Positions 33,501 through 46,295 of a stretch of DNA of 64,000 nucleotides are shown here, in pieces; the first letter of the stretch is position 1; the number at the start of each line of letters is the position of its first letter. The position numbers and the translations under genes were made by a program. The notes under the pieces are model-generated. The model searched no databases. It had not been told where the DNA came from and saw only the letters and a program-made list of their open reading frames with translations. This DNA comes from Ramazzottius varieornatus (Eukaryota; Animalia; Tardigrada), in contig BDGG01000016.1 of the NCBI GenBank assembly GCA_001949185.1, positions 1,031,313 through 1,095,312 on the forward strand. Reading direction: 5' to 3'.

Positions 33501-35026
33501 CGACTTCGATGGAGCGTCGGGAAGTATGGGAAGTACCGGTAGTTCTACTGGCAGTTCGGGCATCTCCTGTGACCAGATGTCGTCGGCTTCTTCTACCAGC
33601 TCGTCGTCGTCAGAAGCGCTGGGTGGTGGTCGTGGTAGCACTCCGCAGAGCATTCGCACCATCACACCAGATCCCTTCGACACCATGGTCCAGTACCAGA
33701 CGCCGCCACCAGCTATGGTGGTTCCGCGACCTGTTCCGGGACAGATGCAAGGTAAAGTGCAGATCGAAAACTTGGGAAAGTTTGTTACGGATTTTGCCAT
33801 TCTGCTGTATGTAGGCGGCTGACAGTTGGCTCTGAAGCTTTCGTTGACAAACATACAGCAACAGCGGCTGACAAGCTGGTCTTCTGTATGCAGATGTGTG
33901 AAACCTGATGTATAACTATCGCACACCTGCGTACTACTTGTATCTTTATTCACGGTAGCGTTGGTTGCAGGTGCTTCTGGTTGGGGAGGCAGTCCGTCAC
34001 TGATGATGGCACCACCAGGAGCCATGCCGTTGCCACAGATGCATGGTATGCCGATGTTCGTCCCGCAGATGTCGATGGCAGGAAACGTGGGCATGATGGG
34101 CGGTGGTTTCGTTCCGGTCACTACGCCACCGGCGGTCATTGTCAACGAAGGAGTCTTTGGAGCAAGCAACCCTTTCGGCCAGGCGTTCGCTCAAGAAACT
34201 CAGAATATCTTTGGTGTCGCCACTGACATGTTCGGTAACAACTCGTTGCTGAACGGTCCGTCAGTCTTCGACCCGCCACCGCCACCACCAGTGAGTCCAA
34301 CATGATGTCGATGTACGCAGGTGCATGAGTAGCAAGTATCGAAATTTCACGCACCTGTATACCGTAAAGTAGGACATCATCGACCAAAAATGTATGTAGG
34401 TGGGTGATGAACAATGGAGCATCCATCGTTCATATGCATATACCTGATGATCGATGAGTGTTTGGGCCGGAATTGTCAGGTCTGTGTGACTGACTGAAGT
34501 TGTGTGCCTTTTTTAGGTGCCGAAAGAAGAAAAGCCCGATCCATTCACACTGAACGACGACCTCTTCGCAGACTTGGGTGGTAGTTTGGGCAAGACTCGG
34601 CCCAACTCTGAGAAGCCCACATTCCCCAAGCCCATCGTTCCCAAGTTGGCCGACCTGAAGGGCGAATCGCCCGTGCTGCGGCCTGCTCTCTCCACCATCG
34701 ACATGAACCTACTGCAGCAGACTGTGATGGCCGTTGGCAGTGTCAGTACCAGTCCGCCACAGGCTTCGCTCATCGACTTGGCCAATTCTTCTTCTGCTCA
34801 AATGAACGGTATGCCTATGCGACGCATTTCCAGTGCCACCAACAGCTTCCAACCAGGAAGCGTAGCAGCGCCGGTGTTGCCTCCGCGTCCTCTGGCTCAT
34901 TCCAACTCGGTGGGAACCTTCCCTGGAATGCTCCCGCCACCTGTACCCATTCCGCGACGAAGTGTCACTCAGGCGCCGGTGCCGGGTGTGGCTGGCTTCG
35001 CGCCACCAGGTAACGCCGCCATCTAA
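27509..35026 (+). CDS. Dab: Disabled (Dab) PTB-domain endocytic adaptor, multi-exon
   Basis: FEGEGLTYKGKLIGIKDVDGPRGDEMCQAAMQEL...HEHAVPKISYIWRDQSDQRAFAYVYG. Tail has LLDLE, WADF, DPF x2, NPF, LIDL. The exon starting at 27509 splices in phase to 31444. Confidence 0.9.
33105..33305. repeat. GGCGCAC-palindrome family, 2 units (Dab intron)
   Basis: aaacaaactcgacaagat...gcgcacgg...cgtgcgccactt x2. Confidence 0.85.
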
Positions 35027-35077
35027 ATGAACGTATTTCCCAAATGTCGATCACTGCTTACAGAAAATGACGCTAAT

Positions 35078-35190
35078 AGGCAGACAAGCTCGACAAGACC
35101 GTTTCCCAAGTGGCGCAGGGCTCCAGCCGAGAACAGTGAAAACGTGCGCCACTTGGGAGAACGATCTTGATTGAGTTTGCCAGGCCAGAT
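35078..35190. repeat. GGCGCAC-palindrome family copy (downstream of Dab stop)
   Basis: ctcgacaagaccgtttcccaagtggcgca...cgtgcgccacttgggagaacgatcttg. Confidence 0.85.
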
Positions 35191-36053
35191 CTCCATATTG
35201 CACAGAAAGAATTAGAATATTCTAATTTGAAACGTTTTGTCCTTATTTGCAGTCGTGGTGGCCGCGTCGAATCCTTTCGGAATGACGCCAGTGATATCGG
35301 GGAATACGGATCCTTTTGCCGATGCATTCTTCAAGTGAGGCAGTCAACAGTGTAACATGGTGTCTTGTGGGCAAGTGGTGCTCGTCGATGGACTTTCCAA
35401 AGCTGGTTTAATTGTGAATATCCTGGTGATTTCCCACACGCGGTGCTTCATGGCCGTGTCTGGTGTACAAAAGAATACACGAACGATACAGCCGCAATAT
35501 TCTTCCTCTGCAAATTTATGCTGGCTTAACTCGGTCTTGAAAAGTGCTTTTAAGCTTTTCCGCAGTTTTCTTTTATTATGTTGATTATGTGATCTGATAG
35601 TTTCGTCTTCGAAGTCACATAATTTCGCTCTGGATATTACTTTCCTTTGAGGTTTACCGGTGGGATGCATGGAGTTTCATAGCCGAGGGTTTTTTCTTTA
35701 CATGCCACGCTTCTTTGGCTTCTTTTTTATCGACTATTTTTCGATATACCTTTCGTCTTCCTGTGTTCACTTTTTATTCAACCGTATTTCAACTCGATCT
35801 ATCGCATATCATACCCTTTTGTTTGCATGTTTATTAACCAACGTAGTTGTAAAGATATCTGTAACAAACGAAGTTCCCCTCTTCCGCTTGTACCAACAAC
35901 AGACGACGAATTCCAAACTGGCAGTTTGTTAAAAAAGACATTTACAAAGTACAAGAGATCACAGATTCAGACAAGGCTCAGCACACATCGCTGCTAACTT
36001 CCTCGACATGCAAGAGACCGAGCTGTTGAGCAGGGCAGTAATCCGTTCTTTTT

Positions 36054-39000
36054 TCACCGTCGAGGTAAATCGCTTCTTTCTCTGAGACCGAACGCTGCAG
36101 TTGGGTCCATCCTGAAGTAATTCCAGTTGGACGCCACGATGCTTTCTATCCAGTCTTTCACAAAGAAGATGTTGGTGTAGAAACCAGGAACGTTCTCTTG
36201 ACCACAGCCGTAGCCTTTACTGACAATACCGATCAACTCCCAGTAGTTACCGCGGGACGCCAACAAAGGACCTCCAGAGTCGCCCTACAACAAGAACGAA
36301 CCTGCAAGCTTTTCAACACATGGTAAGTCTGTTCGGCCTGACTCGCTTACTCTGCAAGCGTCTTGGTTGGGTCTTCCTCCCGCACAAATATACTGCGGCT
36401 TGATTTCCTCGTAAATATTCTTGCTTCTCAACTGCAAGTAACACTGCCATGGGAAAAGGATGGGGAGCTTGACTTCTTGAAGAACCATCGGCAAGTTCGA
36501 CCGATCGTCAGCTGAAATTAGGAAACCACGTCAGATACAAGAGTATTGAGGTGAATATCGGGGACTTTGTGGACGCAGGTGAGTGACGGGCCGACCAGAA
36601 AACTGCCTGTATTTCGCACCAACCTGCATACATATCTGGTTCTATGTATGTAGGTAGGTGACAGACAGGCGAGAAAAGCGCCTGCATCGCTCGTCCACCT
36701 GCACACACGGGTTGCCAACGGTGAAAGTATCACTTACTTTCTTTCCGTTTGCCCCACCCGAGCACAGTTCCCATCTCACCCAAATGTTCACCACTGGGAA
36801 GGCACACCGGCCTAATATGCGGCTTGAACTTGATGGGCGTTTCCAGCTGGACCAGCGCCACGTCGAAGGAGGACTGTGTGGCGTTGAAGAACGGATGGAT
36901 AAAGGCCCGTGAGATCGATACGGTTTCCGGACCGAACAACCCGAGGTCCTCTTCGTCCATACTGTAAAGTCCTATCCGGATAGCCAGGTCCCGGTAGTAC
37001 CCATACTGGAAGTTCTTGTAGACGCAGTGAGCGGCTGTGATGAGGAACTGTTCGTTCAAGATGGTGGCGCCACAGCGGAGACGGTTGGAACTGAGCAGGA
37101 CCGCCATCCATGGCCAGGCTCCAAAGTCACTGGGCCGACCACCGAGAATACGGGCTGTACGACTGAAAAGACCGTGACGGACACCACAGAAGGTCTGAGA
37201 GGAAGTCGTCGGGGAAGACATGTTGAGCGTTACTTGCGGTTGAACTGGTTGAAGAATGTGTGGTTGTGTGAGGTTGAAGGCGAAAGGTACAGGAATGTTT
37301 ATCTGTTCAGGCTGTGGTGGCATTTGTGGTATGAGCTGAGTTTGAGGTGGAGCGAACTGGGGGACGAACGCGGTGTAAGGGCCATTGGGACCGTAAGCAA
37401 TGTACTGTTGTTGCGCTATGGGTTGTGGCGGAGGTGGTACATTTTGGTCAGGGGAGAAACTTCCTGGTTGGGAAATTTGTAGTATTTGTGGCTGGTTGTT
37501 TGGGAAGAATGTCTGTTGTGGCGGCTGGAATTGTGCTGGAGGACCGAACGGACCTGGTAATGGGCTGTTTTGAAACTGGGGAGGAAACGGACCCGGAAAG
37601 GAGTTTGTGTTTGGTGGTTGGGCAAAGCTATGTGGCTGGTTTGGTAGAATGTATGGTGGACCCTGTGATGGTTGGTACGGCATGCTAGGTTGATTAGGTG
37701 GCTGCAGTTGACCGGAAGTGGATACGCTCGGCTGAAAGTACGGTGGCACCATTCTGTTTGGCTGTGCGTTCTGATCGTTAATCGCCTACGAAGAATTGTC
37801 AGTCATCTTTCTTTCGTGCTGATGGATCTTCTTACAAAAAAATCGTGCGCGAACTAGTGAGAGTTGTTTTACATGCAAATAGAAAATTTCGGTGAAACCA
37901 TTACGAAGAACCATTATCTGCAACGATTTAGAATCAATCAATTCGGACACAGGCAAACAGTCTCGATAATATCGTATTCCCACGTGGCGCACGCTTCTGG
38001 TAGATAACACTGACAGCCTGCGCCACTTGGGTAGACAGGCCCGACACTGGGCAGATCAGGACCGTTTTTGCAAGTGGCGCACACTCTCAGCAGGTAACAA
38101 AGAGAACGTGCGCCACTTGGGGAAACAATCTTGTCGAGTTTGGCGATGTCCGAACTAACTTTACCACTCTCGCAGTATTCTTACCTGTTCTGTCCATCCA
38201 TTGGGGGGACCTGGTTGAGTCTTCTGTGGTAACTCAACCGGCACTTTACCCGGCAAGTAGCTCATCTTGGTATTATCGTTGGGAGGAAGCAACTCCAAGG
38301 GGCTCTTGTCATACCCGTAGAACTTGTTGGGAACCGAGACAAAGTTGACCAGATGGCCGGACTTTGGTCGTGTTGGGGTGTATGGAGCATTGAGGTCCGC
38401 GTCTTTCTGTCGGTTGATGTCATCAAGAACCGCAGAGGCCAAGTTAGTGCTACGGTTGCTGGAGAAGCAGCAGATGCCACCGGGTAAGAGTATCTGCGTA
38501 CCCGCGGAGTTCAGCGCGACCTCGCAGGCTGTCTGCGGCTGCACTCTTTGCAGGATGGGACAGTTGGACATGAAGGTACAACTGGCTTCCCGCGAACATT
38601 TCTGCTTGGGGATGTTAAGTGTCTCAATGCGAGGTTCTGTAAAAGAGATACATGCTCGGTGTTGGTACGATAGACTAACTGGGAGCTCAGCGAACAGACC
38701 CGACAAGGTTGTTTTTCAAAGTGACGCACGTTTTCAGCATCATTGGCTGGATTCGTGCGCCACTTGGAAACCGAATCTGCTGAGTTTGTTTGCTCAAGTG
38801 ACGCACTGTTCCAGTGTTACTAGCTGGTCGCGTGCGCCACCTGGAAAAAAGACATGTGTTTGCTCAGGTCCGAATTGGGGCGAGAAGAAATGATTTGTTA
38901 CTGGTAGATAATATAAAGATAAAATGACGTTTTATGGGTCAGAAAATTGTAATTAAGACCACAACCACGCTTTCGGTTTCGCTTGGTGGAATTCATAATC

Positions 39001-39736
39001 AACTCGGAAAATCTCTTCATCGACGCATCGTTCTCGTTCAAGGAGCGACGGTCGAAAAGCGCATAAGTAGGTGGCGGCACCGCTGTCGCCGATGCTGGGC
39101 ACGGGTTTACAAATTAATTGAGCGTTTTGTATGGAAATTGAAATGTTGGAATAAGTTATGCTCAACCACAATTAACCGTCAACCGTGAAGCCTTCAATCA
39201 GGTAACGTGGGATACCTCACCACAAACTATTTCGCCCACGAAAGCGTTCTTTTAGAACCTCAGTGTCTCGGTATCATGCAGAAATTCCAAACCAGACCAG
39301 TTCCACAGCCTCTTTTTGCACTAGTTTTTTATTAAGTCTCGGTTGAAGCCCCGACACTTCGTTAAAACTGAGTTGACCCACAAAAGATTCCCGGATACAC
39401 ATCGTGAGATAACTTCACGGCGGTCTGCAGTTCTTGGTGCTCGTGGCTCGGACAAAGTTATTAGCCGACCAGGAAGTAATTACACCACAACGAGAGGCTT
39501 CGTTTAGCACTTGAATCACGGTGGAGCTCTTCACACTCGAAAAGACTAAATCATGCACTCATACCTGCACCGATCACATCGCTTCCCCTCCGATAGTTCA
39601 ACAACCGGTCAGCAATGGGTAAGTCCGGTACGGAACCAAAACTGATATACTGAAGGGAAGTCGATTGCAGGAGATCATCCGCCATGAGTCCTCCATTAAA
39701 CCCCAACAACAAAAATACGGCCACCACGAAGAACAT
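36054..39736 (-). CDS. secreted clip-domain trypsin-like serine protease with Pro/Gln-rich linker
   Basis: Signal peptide MFFVVAVFLLLG; 6-Cys clip-like domain ending GICC; activation site R-ILGG; intact triad TAAHC / FDVAL / GDSGGP; S1 Asp (QDAC). Confidence 0.88.
37945..38152. repeat. GGCGCAC-palindrome family, 2 units (protease intron)
   Basis: gtggcgcac...tgcgccacttggg x2; atcttgtcgagtttggcgatgtcc. Confidence 0.85.
38681..38872. repeat. GGCGCAC-palindrome family, 2 units (protease intron)
   Basis: gggagctcagcgaaca...aagtgacgcac...cgtgcgccac x2. Confidence 0.85.
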
Positions 39737-40847
39737 CTTTAAAGTTCGACCAACAGTCCGAGTTTACGACCACGCCGATGTCACTTTACGATGTTGTTTT
39801 ATGGCCCAACACTTTCATGATTCCCTCGATGCAAGATAAAACACACCGTGCCCACAAATAAATTTCGAAACCTTCACGGATATAAAAACAAACGCGTTCG
39901 CCGTTCGGACTGAGGTGGAGGAACAGAAATGAATGCAAAAGTGCAGACAATGTTGACCGTTACGGCAGACGATTAGAAGTACATTAATGCGCTTCGGATC
40001 TTCGCGAATGTTATGCACAGCTTTACCTAACTCTCATAAAAGAGCTCGATGATCTGCAAAGATTCACTCATCTTGACCCAGTTATACCATGGTTAGGCGG
40101 CCGGAAAACTGGGTCTATTTATCGGCCTAACTGCAACTGCTCACAACTCGTAACAACGTAATGACTAGTTCGGAACCTTCTACGCATAGTATTGTATACG
40201 CTGAATCTCATCGCAGCTGAATGTGTTCGGACAAATACATCGATGAACAATGCTACAGACGAAAGAGAGAACCTTTCTATGGTGGGCCATGTGGTCGGGC
40301 ATCATACCATACGATGATAGAAAACGCGGTGCCGCGATGGACGCCTGAGCACAAACTACCTTAGCTTCTATTTCGATAGTCCAATCATGCGTCCGGAACG
40401 GCCTCACATAACCGGCTTCCCACGAATTTTCAAATACTCGCCTCGGTTCGAATCCTCGGACAGATGCTGCTGCGAGTGACAGTTCATGAAAGCGCGTCGT
40501 TGGTGACGAAGAGCCTGTAGCCAACCCCGACCAGGTTGCATGTAGCGAGCCGTCGGGCCTGCCCTCTTCACTGTACACCTGTCAAGATAACCGTTTACAG
40601 CCGTCTTGCGCGCTTTTATGAGTGCGTCGGTTCGGTGGGGAAAGCTCGATGTTCAAAGGCTTCCGGGTTACCAATGCGAGTTTTATTACTCTTGGGGCAT
40701 CTGGTGCTCTAATCGATGATTTTATTGGAGTGAAAATTATATCTCAGAAAACTCTAGGTTTCGAAGAGCGCGTGGAAAACTCAGTTCGACACCCGAGCGA
40801 AAATATTTCATCGCTTATTAGATTTTCTTGAGTTTAGAAAGCAAAAT

Positions 40848-41116
40848 GGGAGAACTCGACAAGATCGGTTTTCCAAGCGGAGCACGTGTCCAGCCAACAA
40901 CAGTGAAAATGTGCGTCGTTTGGAGACACGGTCTTATGGAGTCAGCTTTTCAAAGTGGCGCACACTTCCTTGTCGATATCTCTAGAAACATACGCCACTT
41001 TGGAAGACGATCTGATCGGGTTTGTTTTTCCAAGTGGCGCGTGCGTTCAGCCAGTAACACCTAAAACGTGCGCCGCTCCAGAGAATAATCATGTCGATAT
41101 TTTTCGCCAAGCTCCC
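40848..41116. repeat. GGCGCAC-palindrome family, 3 units (intergenic)
   Basis: gggagaactcgacaagatcgg...three hairpins...tcgccaagctccc. Confidence 0.85.
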
Positions 41117-41636
41117 GAACACAAGTTCCAAGCACAAGAACCTCCGAATAAGCTGAAAATGGAAATGATTTGTTGCTCGATCCCGGGTGTGTTTGAACGT
41201 CATTATTGATTTACCGATGAAGATTCAACGCGGAACTTTTTGGCGCGCATCCGTGTAATTCACAGCGGATCATTTCGATCCACCATCATGATATGTCAGC
41301 TTCTTCTCGCATTATGGAAATTATGGAAAATAACACCCACACAAAAGTCAGCGAGATATACGTTTCTCGTCAACGATAACGACGAACATGTATCTTCTGC
41401 TTGTCAATAGACGGTTTACGACGAGAAGAAATTAGAACTATGCTCAACGTAACCGGCGCAACAAAACCTACTGTGCCTAAATTATGTTTTTTATCGGCCC
41501 TACATCAATGAAGACCATCTTTCACTGACGCTGCCTATTTACATCATATAGTTAATCGGATATAAAACCCAAACTGTCACAGTTCCCGTCACACGAACAT
41601 GAAGCTGTCCCACAGTGTCACACAAATATGAATTCA

Positions 41637-41835
41637 GACGTCGGCAAACGGATCAGCCAGATCGTTCCCCCAAGTGGCGCACGTGTCCACTGTTAGTGGC
41701 CGAAAGCCTTCGCCACTTCGAATAACGATCTTGACGATTGCGTTTTTCCCAAGTGACGCACGGTTTCATTACTTTTGCCCGAATGCGTGCGCGACTTGGG
41801 AAAGCGATCTGGGTGAATTCACCTGCCGACGTCTC
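41637..41835. repeat. GGCGCAC-palindrome family, 2 units
   Basis: gacgtcggcaaac...cccaagtggcgcacg...gccgacgtctc. Confidence 0.85.
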
Positions 41836-42044
41836 GACTTGCCTTTACTTCTTGTTCTCTTGATTGAATACTGTATAAACGCGATAAAACCGCCATACGT
41901 CACATTTATGACTTACCAGGTGTACGGCGGTTCTATCGGGGTAATACAGTACGATATCGATGCTCCCCCTTTATTCGTGTGGACTGCTCAGCCATCAGAT
42001 TACACTACGGACTAGAAGTCTAGTACAGATATCATGCACTGATT

Positions 42045-43243
42045 TCAGTTGACAAAGCCAGTGGCAATCAGCTTATCGAGAAAGAATTTGATGTCGGCCA
42101 TTTCGGAGTCGCTGAAGCCCATGGCTCTCAGCTCTCCAGAGTTGCCCTTCTCAGTGGCGACCACGATGTTGCGGAATCGCTCGGCGTTCTCGGGCTTCAG
42201 TTTACCGCTGGCGGCGAAGTCGTCGATCGTGGGACTCTCTGAAAATCCCAACAACATATTGGTCAGATGACCGAACAAATTCGAAGGCTCAAGGTTACTT
42301 CAAGCTTACCTGACAGGAGAACTGCGATACGTGTAGTTTCGCCAAGGTTCGCGGCGTCATTACCGAAGATCTTTTGCAGGAAGTCAGCGCCGTGCGACTT
42401 CATGAGGCTGTTGAGGAAAGTGGCGGTTTCCTTCACCGGGGGACGTTTCGCTGCAATAAGATTACTTTCATGATAAAGGGGGACACTGGGAAGCGAAAGG
42501 TACAATGGGAATCTTTAGTGGCGCACGGTTGCGGCCGATAAGAATGGAAACGTGCGCCGCATGGAAATCGAATTGGAAAGGACTTCCTAATGGCGCACTC
42601 TTCGAGCCTCATGCAAACACCAACTAAACAAGATCGTGTTTTTTAAATAGCGCATGCTAGCGGCTGATCACAATGAGAGAGAGCGTCACTCAAAATAACC
42701 ATCTTCTACGTTTCATTAGCCGATCTGGTAAGCCATGCACTTGGGTCAACGGAAGTGTTAGAAAGCACATTTTGTGATGCTTACCGGCAGAGCAGACGGC
42801 CTTGTTCTCGTCGTAACCGCTGGGGCAATCGTTGCTACCGTCACAGACGAAGCCGAGGGAGATACACTTGGTGGGACTGCCCGGGCACAGGAAGGGCTCT
42901 GTGGCAGGACAAGCGGGATCTGCAAGAACAAAATCGGAATATTCAGTCTGTGAAGGGAAGTTAACCTTAGAGATATGAGTACTCGTAGCGGTAGTTTCTT
43001 CATCGATGGAGGAACCCGTCTAATGTGACACTCACCGATTTTCCGCTTCCACTGTTGCATGAGCCTGTACGGCATGTCATAGTCATTGTTGGGCGACTCC
43101 GCCAAGTAGTTGCCCAAGAGGTGGGGATTCAAGGCAGAGGGGTGATGGAAACGTCCAGCGAAGGACATGGGCGAAGAAATGACTGCTGTCAGAAGGAACC
43201 CGAGCAAGAAGACCACGGAAAGACTCTTCGAAGAGATCGCCAT
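42045..43243 (-). CDS. prohormone-4 / IDLSRF-like peptide precursor (signal, peptide, KR, LDLa, conserved helical C-terminus), 4 exons
   Basis: ...QQWKRKI|DPACPATEPFLCPGSPTKCISLGFVCDGSNDCPSGYDENKAVCSA|AKRPPVKETATFLNSLMKSHG..FLQKIFG...SESPTIDDF...SEMADIKFFLDKLIATGFVN*, matching the family pattern. Confidence 0.88.
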
Positions 43244-44309
43244 TCCGATATGAATTCAGGAGACAAAAAGAACAGTGAGAAATGTACAAAGGATAAGGCA
43301 CACCCAGAAAGAAAAGTCGCACTCAGGGACCTGCGATCGGGACCTTCAGCCTTTGCAAGTAGGAGACAAGCCAGGCTAGACGACTTTATATCGTCAGAGG
43401 ATCAACTTTGAACTCTGATGGGGATGACATGCTATATCTCATCAAGAGGGAAAGCTCCCACTTGGCTAGGAGTTATCAATGATAATTAGGGAGCACTTTG
43501 CCGGCGGTAACGAGGAGGCAACTCTGCGTGCCACCCACATTATCATGTTAATTTTTCTGCTTATACCTAATTACTTTCCTATCCCGACAGAGTTCAGGCC
43601 AGAGGCTTTTACACTTCCTCATGCATAATTAAGGACACTTTGCACGGCCTCCGAAATACGAAACAGTTAACCGGCTTTTGCCCTTCATTACGTATCGCGG
43701 TCATTACGCACCCTTCTGGCTCCAACGTGTGAAGCTAATGGACTTACGTAGTACCACCACTGCCTCAAACAGAGTCAATGCATTCATCTAGTATTCGGGA
43801 TAATTGAAAAGTTCGATGCATGCTTAATTTATCTTTTCCATTGAGAAATCAAACAATTTTCGAGAAGCGCGGCAGAACCCCTCGAAAGCCATTAGAGCAA
43901 AAGCGTTTGCCCTGCCACTCTGTTAATGGGATTGACGAACTTACCGGTACGTCATGACGGCCAAGGACCATGGTGAAACCCATACGCTGACAGTTCCATC
44001 GAGTGGCTCCTGCATTAGTGGCCAAAAGATGGGTGGAGTGACTGAAGTGCAAAAAGTTAGAATTTGTTGTCACGGAGCGTTAAAAGATCGAACAGCAACT
44101 GAAGGAAACCTCTTTTAAAAACAGTACGTGAGCAGTTGTATTATACCTTCAACGTACGAGTAATCTTACTTTGTAATATTTTGAATCATTTATGTCAGTG
44201 TTATGAAAGCCTTGGTTCATTTGAAGTTCAAACTGCATTAGGAAATCGCGCGAAATGTACTACTCCATGAACGACGTTAAACCTATGAACCATTCTCAGT
44301 CCCTGAGCA

Positions 44310-45488
44310 ATGCTACCCTCTGATGACGCTTACCGAAGAAACATTGTGACTATAGGCGATAACCGGAGACAGTCCTTCCTAAACGACCGGGAATGGCGGC
44401 GAACTGCTGTAGGAGACGACATCACTATCCGAGTCGCTCACGTCAGACGGCACTTCCACTGCTTTTCTGCCCACAAGTCCGAAGAAGGGCATCTAGATAT
44501 CACAGAATTCATAGAAATCAAAGACGCGATCAAGAAGAAAGTAGATGTGTTCTTAGAACGGACAGTGAACGAGCCATTGAAGGTACCCGACAGACTTCCC
44601 GTGGACGATGTAGAACTTCCGCCCATCGGCACCGATGTAGACTTCTCCGAGATCGAAGCGCATATTCTGGCTGCTTCAAGCCTGAAAAACGTCAGACATG
44701 AACATAAGGGATGGGGTAGAAGAAGGCGAGTAAGAAAGTATCATAAAAGTTACTGCGTACCTCCGCTGTATGAGGAGTTGGAGAAGCCTTCGAAGTGGAC
44801 ACCCGAAGTCGAGGACGTTTATCGATTCCGAGCAGCTGGATACCGAGACGAAACGCATTTCCGTGTGGTCAATGGACCCAGTGTACCTGGTAAGAAAAAG
44901 AAACGTACAGGTTGAAACGTAAAAGGGTTGAACGAGACTAACGAGAGCGGAGAGTAGACTGTAACGCCTTGAGCCATACCGAACAGTCAAATCTACGCAT
45001 AACGTCATCGCGTACACGTGTTACTGTAGGTAACAATGATGACATCATGGGCGACTCACCTGACACTCTACGAATCTGATTTCTTTCTTTTTGTAGTTAA
45101 CAGATGCGCCCGCACCGGCCTGATCAGCAAACTCCCGAACAAACGAAATCACTACCATCCTCTAATCTTCTCCGAAAACATAGAATGCGACTTTGCCGAG
45201 ATCAGGAAAGTCAAAATTCCACGATACTGTTGGAACTTTCTGGAGCATGACTTTTACCTGGCGGCGCTCTTCCACATGCGCATGACTGCGGTTCAGAACA
45301 AAGCCATAGCGGAGGCTGAAAAAGTGCGCAAACTGCTGGTTGAAAAGATCCGGAAGGAGCGGAAGCACAAGAAGCATCACAAACAGCTACAAAAAGATCC
45401 ATCTATCAAAGTGGAAGACGACGACGGCGGCGGCGGTGGCGGGAAAGAAAAGTCTGCCAAGAAGAAGCACAAGAAAAGCAAGAAATAA
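44310..45488 (+). CDS. MEIG1-domain protein with N- and C-terminal extensions (323 aa, exons 44310-44889 and 45097-45488)
   Basis: SKWTPEVEDVYRFRAAGYRDETHF...VNRCARTGLISKL...ECDFAEIRKVKI resembles MEIG1 KKWSEEIENLYRFQQAGYRDE...VDRWPETGYVKKL...EC.DKEVHKVK. The spliced length of 972 nt keeps frame. Confidence 0.75.
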
Positions 45489-46295
45489 ATTCGCGCTGTA
45501 AACATCCACACATGGTGAGCCCATTGGTGTACTCGTACAGTAAAGACAAGCAGCCGCTACCAGACAGTTCCCTGTTCCCATACCGAACCCCCGGCACTGC
45601 TTCACTTTCTTCTGACCCTGTGAACGAAGATACAGGAAACGTTTCGAGGCCACTGATAATTCTCCAGAGAACAGAGAATTCCATATTCATTCCGATGTCC
45701 GAAGATTCGGTGAAGAACTATCCGAAGAACCAAAGACTTATCCAAAGAACTGTCCATACGCTTTCCAAAGAACCATAATCGCCATTGAAACTATAATGCT
45801 GCTAACGCAGGAAAAGCATGCAGGGATAAACTTGAGCATAAAAGAACCACCAACTGCGAATTAGACGGTTCCCAGATCGAACCTCACGACACGTACTTAT
45901 ACTTCATTTTCGTTCATGACGCACGACTTTCGGTATCGAAATCTGGTTTCAACTTTCGGAAGGTGCTAACAAAGCTCCACCGCTTTCCTTCTGCTGATGC
46001 GCCGTGGGAATTTGCAATACGACCAGAGGTACTGTAACTGTTGTTACAGTCGGAACTGCTTCTTAAAACCTTCTACTGCAGGTTTCACGTTTCAGAATGA
46101 AGCCGGAAGTCTCAGGCTTCCTCGTCGTTGATCTGCTATCAAGCACCACATAAACGTCAAATCAAACTATATTCTGTACAGCTATCAAAGCATATAATAT
46201 ACAAGTAAAGAGTATAAAACAAACAACGAATGGCCTCAAACAATAACCTTCCCCGAAGCTTCACCAAAAACTGGCTCAGATAAAGGACACAAAAG

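Noticed and set aside
40180-40620. Minus-strand exon-like ORF upstream of the protease
   Set aside because: No homology recognised; may be UTR or non-coding.
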